A stretch of DNA of 64,000 bases from Octopus vulgaris. Lineage: Eukaryota. Both the position numbers and the translations under genes were made by a program. This document shows, piece after piece, positions 55,547 to 64,000 of this stretch. The notes under the pieces were generated by a model. That model ran no database searches and was not told where the DNA came from. It saw nothing but the letters and a program-made list of their open reading frames with translations. The DNA lies in contig OX597828.1 in assembly GCA_951406725.2 (NCBI GenBank), positions 73,904,001-73,968,000 of the forward strand. Reading direction: 5' to 3'. The first letter of the stretch is position 1. Every line of letters begins with the position of its first letter.

Positions 55547-56827
55547 CGAGGGGCGTTCAATAAGTAATGACCCTGACCCACTTCTCATAGCAGTAGAGCA
55601 ACGATACTTGGCACAGTTATTAGTCTTTTTCTACATAGTAACCACTCAGAGTTACGCATTTCTCCCATCGTTTGATCCAGCTCTGGAGACCGTTTTTGTA
55701 GAAGTCCCCAGCTTGGTCCTCCAACCACGACGTGACTTTAGAAATCAAGGCTGCATCATCTGGGAAATGCTTTCCTTTCAAAAACAACTTCATGGCTAGG
55801 AAGAGGTGAAAATCAGAGGGTGCAGGGTCAGGAGAGTAGGGGGTGGGGGAGAAGTTCATAGCCGTACGCCTGTGCTTCTGATCTGGCGACACGCGAGTTG
55901 TGGACCGGAGCGTTGTCCTGCAGGAGGAGGATGCCTTCGTTGATCTTGCCCCGCCTCTTGATTTTGATAGCTTCTCTTAATTTCCTCAAAAGTGAAGCAT
56001 AATAGGCTCCTGCAATTGTGGCACCCTTTGCCAGGAAATCTGTCATCACTACTCCGTCCTGGTCCCAGAAGACTGTGAGCATGACCTTGCCAGCGGAGGG
56101 CTGCACCCTTGCCTTCTTTGGAGGAGGTGAGTCACGGTGTGTCCACTGCATTGACTGGGCTTTGGTCTCTGGATCATAGTGATGGACCCAGGTTTCATCC
56201 TGTGTAATCAGTCTTTTGAAAAATTTTGACTCATCGTCTTGGCACATCTCCAAATTCATCCTCGAGCAATCGACACGTTTTTGCTTCTGGAAAGATGTGA
56301 GCAACCTGGGAATCCATCTGGCAGACACCTTTTGCATATGCAAATGGTCATGAATGATAGTTTCCACAGACCCGGTACTAATCTTGACCTCATGGGCTAT
56401 TTGGCGAATAGTTATGCGTCGATCTTCCAAAATGGCAGCCTCAACATGACGGACAGATGCCTCATCAATGGCAGAAGGGGCGACCAGATCTGGGAGCAGT
56501 TTCCACAGAGTTCCGACCATGCTTGAATTCACGATGCCAGCGTTTTACAAGGTCATATGATGGGGCATCATCACCATAAGTTACTTTCATTTCATCAAAA
56601 GTTTCCCGTGGTGTGCGTTCTTTCAAATACAAAAACGGGATCACTGCTCGACACTCAACAGGCTCCATTTCACACTTGACTCAGTTCAAACACCTGTAAA
56701 TCAGAAACCACAATTAGTTCAGAGCTGTAATTTGCCACTTAATCTATAAATAATTGTACATGCAAAATTTCAGCTAAATCAAATAACTGCAAGTAGGTCA
56801 GGAGCATTACTTATTGAACGCCCCTCG
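55547..56827 (-). mobile_element. Full-length DD34D mariner, copy 2, TA target duplication
   Basis: Same TIRs as copy 1; TA at 55545-46 and 56828-29. Confidence 0.96.
55620..56668 (-). pseudogene. Mariner transposase with two frameshifts
   Basis: MEPVECRAVI..., VSARWIPRLL, ITQDETWVHHYDPE, LLQDNAPVH, YSPDPAPSDFHLF; three overlapping ORFs. Confidence 0.9.
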
Positions 56828-56829
56828 TA

Positions 56830-58237
<1,408 letters not shown>

Positions 58238-59289
58238 TGTGTATGTATGTATACACATACACAAAATTGTGTGCATGTATATATGCATATATGTGTGTGA
58301 ATTTATACCGTCCTATCTATCTTAACGTTCGTTTATTAAACGACGGTAAACATTCTTAATGATGTAGCATTTAAATTATAGAAAATTAATAAAAACTTAA
58401 TAGCCACTTTCACAAAATAAATGCGAAATATTCCAAACGATTGCTTTAATTACTACAATACACCTGTATAAAATGCGCGTGGGTGGTTCTTCGTCGATTG
58501 TTTATTCCAGCGTCGTAGTTAGTTGGCATCGTATGAGCGTATGGAACTCGCACACGCTCCGCTACTTTTTCGTCTTAAAAACTTTCAAATCAATTCTCCT
58601 TTCCAATCAGAATTATTAATTTCGTTAATTTCTAGCTAGGCCTAGGCTATTTAATTACAGTGTAGCTAATTAAAATACTAACATAACCAGTAGTTATAAA
58701 TCGAGCTAACTTTTCAAGCAATGTACGTATTCTGTCTAGTTTTTCCATTATCTTTAGTTGTACGAATTTAATTCGACGACTTAATCACATCTCAATAGTA
58801 AAATGATTGATTAACTCTACGACCAACCATATTTTGTAATTCTGGAATCGCAACAACAGTGATATGGAAACCTATTGGTCGCCTGCGGCCTCTACCCATA
58901 ATCCTGTGCTTTTTATTCATCAGTGCTTTATTCCGTTTCTCGCAACACGTCAAACGAACTTTCGATCTAAAACGTGAAATGTGGAATTAAGATGTTACGT
59001 TAGAATTAATATTAAATAACATAATAGTAGTTTTAGCATTGTTATGATTAATATCGGTTTTAAATTTTGACACATGGCCAGCAATTAAGTTCATTACACT
59101 GTACTTGCTTTATCGACCTTGAAACGATGAAAGGCAAAGTCAATCCCTGCAGAATTGGGGAGGGTGATTTGCCTTATATCCTTTTGAGGTCGATAAAATA
59201 AGTGTCAGTTGAAGATAGGGGTCGATTTAATCGACTTATCCCCTTCCTCAAACGTATTGGCTTATTGCCAAACTTTGAAACCAGTTCAG

Positions 59290-61826
59290 TTAAATAACTT
59301 TGTATTCCTTTTTAAAAGTATTTCTTTTCACTTATAATAATTCGCTAAAAATACGTCTATCGTAGCTGTGTATTTTAGCTAATTTGCGTAATAAATCACA
59401 TAGTATTTAGGTAGTTAAATCTTAATTTGGTTTTCCCGCTTCCAATATACCAAAAGAGTATGGCGACAATGCTATCGATAATACAAAGAAATAGAAAGGG
59501 ATAACTTTGGAAGCAAAATATGACATCATAAATGAACAGAAAGCCGGAAGAATCGTCCCCGATTTAGCTTTCAATATTTTTTTCAGTCCACTACATCGAC
59601 AATTTTAATGGTTAAAGAGAAATATTAAAACTATGCACTCCATACAATCAGGGAGAGTAATCATAGAAAAACGATTTGTAACCCTTTCCTCGGTTATTAA
59701 CTCTGAAAACTGATGAGGCGCAAGGATTAAATACACCTGTTCCTAAGGCTGATATTTATGCTTAATCTTTAATCTATTTTAAGATGCTTAAAGAAAGAAA
59801 GTGACTCCGAAGGAACATTCATAGCAAACAATGACTGTCCTTATAGATATTGGTTTCGGATTTTGGCACAAGGCTAGTATGTCGATTACATTGACCCCAG
59901 TGATCAACTTGTACTTATTTTATCCCCTATGAAAGGATAAAAGGCAAAATCGACCCCGGTGGAATTTGAACTCAGAACGTAAGGACGGACGAAATGCTGC
60001 TAAGCATTTTGCTTGGCGTGCCACCTCGCGGCCTTAAATTGGCCTTATATAGATATTAAAGCTAAGTTGAACGATATAAGGGAAATATCAAAAAGTTACT
60101 ATGTCTAGTTTTGTGATAACAAATCTGTGCCCGGAAAATTATTGATATTCTAGAGGAATATGGTTAGACACTTTCAGTAAATTTAATGTAGCTAAAAGTG
60201 CCTATTTTGGAGGAGCACGGTAGCAATGAGCCAAATGGGAAAGAAATTTCACTGAAGCCAAATTCTAAAGCAGCTAAAGATTGCTACACGCAGTGTTCGT
60301 CAGGATTGAAAAGGCGTAGACAAAGTGCCACTTTTAACGGAATTAACTTTTAGATTTGTCCATTCATGGTAGCGAAAAAAAAAACGGAATTATATAGACG
60401 TAAAATAGTTTTTCTTCTTATTAGTTAAGAGGGGATCATCACAAAATGAAATTTCCCTACTATTTACTAGGGAGTAGTATCATTTGTGCGTATGACTTAC
60501 ATGGGATTAATGTTATACTTTGGAAATAATTCGACTGGAGATATACGTTTAGACAAATGGTTGATCCTCATGCCGGAAATACAAGGGCAATTAAAGGCTT
60601 CGTAACGATAACACTTCCGGTGACCGTATTGAAAGCATAGAAACAATGTTTCGTTTTCTACTGTATTGTTTTGACTCACTTTGATCCTCAACTTCGAATC
60701 TCACCTTAAAAAATATAATTAAAACAAAAATATTTCATTTAATGTCCTACCGGAGAAAATACAAATTTTGCCATTTATAAATTGTACGTTATCATCTTTG
60801 AAATATTAAATTATTGTTTGTAATACCAAATACAACATCAATTTTGCAAGAAATAGGCCAATGTGTTATTTCACCATTTAAAGCATCTTTCTTAGTCACA
60901 CATTTGATCATTTAAGGCTAGCGGAAAGGAAAAACCTAAACCTCAAAAGAATTTTGGAAATTATTCAATGTTCTGAATAAAGTAAAAGTAATAAAAGGAA
61001 AATGGCACAAAGTTACAGTGAAAAACATGAAGAAATGCTTCCAGTAACCTTTGCCCTCGATATATTGTGAATTTTGAAGGATTTGAAGAACCAATAAACG
61101 TTGCTTTTAAATAAAACAGCAATGACAGTACTAATTAGTTGTGACTTGATGTTCCTACCAACGACATAAATGATACGTTTTTATCACCTGACCAAGAGTT
61201 CAAAGCGAAGTCTTTATTGAAAGAGAAGGTTGTGAAAAGGCCAAAGATGACCTATAAATGGTAATTGCTGTTTATTTCTGAACGTCTAAACGGTCTGAAG
61301 AAGTAACATCAGCAGCATCACATATCCAAGAACTAATTAAGATTTTCAAAATTGGAATTTTCAAACAGATTACAACTGATGCTGTAGACCAAAATAAATC
61401 TAACGGATTGTCATAGAAGCAAGGAACCGTTGACGCGTTTATAAAGAAGAAAAAAAACAACGGAACATTCCCAGTTCCCATTTCAAGTAAAACCCCCCCT
61501 CCAAAAAAAAAACAAGAAAGTAAAATCCAATAATGAACCTAAACCAAATGGTAAAAACCAAAAAAATATTAAGCGACGAATAAAAAAATATTTCAAAAGT
61601 TATTTGTAAAGGTTTTATTTTATCAACTAATTTTATAGGCTTCAGTCTCTGTTCATTCATTGGTCATTTAAAACTTCGTAAACCGTTTATATCAAATCTC
61701 CTGGATGAGAACGTAACCAGGGTCTATAACATTATTGCAAAGAGAAATCTAGTTTCGTTAAGCGATCCATCATTTAACGATTAGGCATTTTCAGAGGATT
61801 GGGCCTTCAAGTCGAGATATACCAGA
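59290..61826 (+). mobile_element. Ancient Tigger/pogo-like transposon fossil with a SINE B insertion (about 59850-60037, minus)
   Basis: KGITLEAKYDII (psq-type HTH, about 59495), PNTTSILQEIGQCVISPFK (about 60826) and KEFWKLFNV...WHKV (about 60946); boundaries uncertain. Confidence 0.65.
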
Positions 61827-62084
61827 CTCTCTCTCTCTTTCTCTCTTTTTCTCTGTTTTATCTATCTATTTATCTATCTATCAATCAATCTGCCTAGATA
61901 TCGATTTATTTTTCTGTCCATCTATTTATATCCCCTCTCAGTCTCATTAATCAGACCTGCTTGTTTTAATCTGTGACGTCAGAAAACATATTCCGTATAA
62001 ATTGCAGGGTGGATTATGTAATCTACATAGCTGGAATACCTTGGGATTAGTCAGAATTTCAAGAATAGAGGGATGAACAGATAA

Positions 62085-62145
<61 letters not shown>

Positions 62146-62226
62146 AAGATAGATAGATTAGTAGACTGATGTGTAACGTAAATATGGTGTGCGTATATAA
62201 GTTCACACGCACGCACACACACACAG

Positions 62227-62275
<49 letters not shown>

Positions 62276-62500
62276 AGCACATAGACATGTATATATATAT
62301 ATGTATATGTATTCGTATGTGCATAGTGAGAGTGCTTTGTTTACGTGGATTGTTTGGTAACTTGAGAATTTAATTCGTATCTTTAGTTCTCAAAATCTCG
62401 CTTGTCTAAAAACTATCTTTATTTGTGTGTATAAATTCTGGGTACATCAGCTATTTATAAATATACACGCACACATTCACATACATATTTAGCTATATAT

Positions 62501-62567
<67 letters not shown>

Positions 62568-62681
62568 CAACACATACGTACATATATATGTAAATAAACA
62601 TAGACGTATTTATGCATATGTATATATACGTACATGTATATATAGTCATGTGTGTACATATATAAGCCATATATATGTCTG

Positions 62682-62728
<47 letters not shown>

Positions 62729-62911
62729 TTATATATATGCACATATACACATACGCCTATGCATATATATATCTATACACTCATATATACACATATGTAT
62801 GAAGAAATATCTATGTATATATAAATCTAAGTATACATTCACACACACACATATATATATATATATATACATATATACACATGCATACGTATGTTTGTGC
62901 GCACATGCATG

Positions 62912-62943
<32 letters not shown>

Positions 62944-63354
62944 TGTATGTATGTATGTATGTATGTAGTATGTATGTATGTATGTATGTATGTATATGTG
63001 TGTATGTATGCATGTATGTATGTATGTATGTATGTATGTATGTATGTATATATGTGTGTATGTATGCATGTATGTATGTATGTATGTATGTATGTATGTA
63101 TGTATGTATGTGTGTTTGTATGTATGTATGTTTGTTTGTATGTATGTATGTATGTATGTATGTATGTATTGTTAGATAACTTAAAACTAATAACATGCGC
63201 GTCAGTAAATACACTTCACAATTATTTTGATATACACATATGTCATACATATACCATATATACATACATAAACTTATATACACATGTATCTATGCGTATA
63301 TAAACATAAATGTATAAACACATATTTGTGTGCGTATGTAATCTGTTATACATA

Positions 63355-63392
<38 letters not shown>

Positions 63393-63476
63393 CATATATA
63401 TGTATGTATGCATATATGTATGTATGTATGCATGTATGTATGTATGTATATATTATCAGCATCTGATATACATAGG

Positions 63477-63540
<64 letters not shown>

Positions 63541-64000
63541 CATATATATATATATATATGTATGTATGTATGCATATATGTATGTATGTATGCATGTATG
63601 TATGTATATATTATCAGCATCTGTTATACATAGGTATGCGTATATATAAATATATATATATATATAATCAACATCTTTTTTATCTTTCTCACTTCACTTC
63701 TTTTAACATCATATTCTGCTAAAATCCTCTTAAGATGACTATTGACTGATAATCTTATGTATGAGCATGTAGGTACGTCTGTATGGATGTATGTGTGAAC
63801 GCATGTGTGAATGTATTTGTTTAGTGTTTGGCCCGACAGCTCTATAATCTGTTTGCAATGCTATCTCCGATAAAACAAAATGCTTGTACGGACGACGCTA
63901 TGTAAACGTGGACGATCTTCCCGAGTTGTGTTTAAAAGGAAATTCTGCAGAACACGGCAATTTTTGCTCCTTGTTTGTATTGTTATATCTTCAATCTATC

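Noticed and set aside
55620-56668. SETMAR-like domesticated gene
   Set aside because: No SET domain; TIR-bounded and multicopy

Overview
Repeat-saturated, AT-rich eukaryotic non-coding DNA (intergenic or deep intronic). The SINE, mariner, Helitron and Dong repertoire and the extreme (TA)n/(TG)n/(GATA)n/(CATA)n/(ATT)n load resemble a coleoid cephalopod (octopus) genome; this is an inference. I found no intact host gene, and nearly all ORF-track entries are microsatellite translations. Real coding remnants are all transposon-derived: two full-length DD34D mariners (one nested in an older mariner), Tc1, maT-like and Tigger/pogo fossils, a Helitron with a Pif1 fragment, and CR1, RTE, R4/Dong and ORF1-only L1/Tx1-like retroelements. 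At least four tRNA-type SINE families are present. The most striking signal is a set of short non-coding fold-back elements with hammerhead-ribozyme-like motifs, in two families on both strands, including a perfect spacer-less 158-bp palindrome at 36623-36780. Other notable items are a TSD-flanked ORF1-only LINE inside a SINE, a nest of elements within an (ATT)n tract, a 615-bp satellite with a decayed P-loop frame, a 2.35-kb tandem duplication, and a unique structured/regulatory island at about 22.9-24.5 kb. All alignments and folds were done by eye, so boundaries of old elements are approximate.
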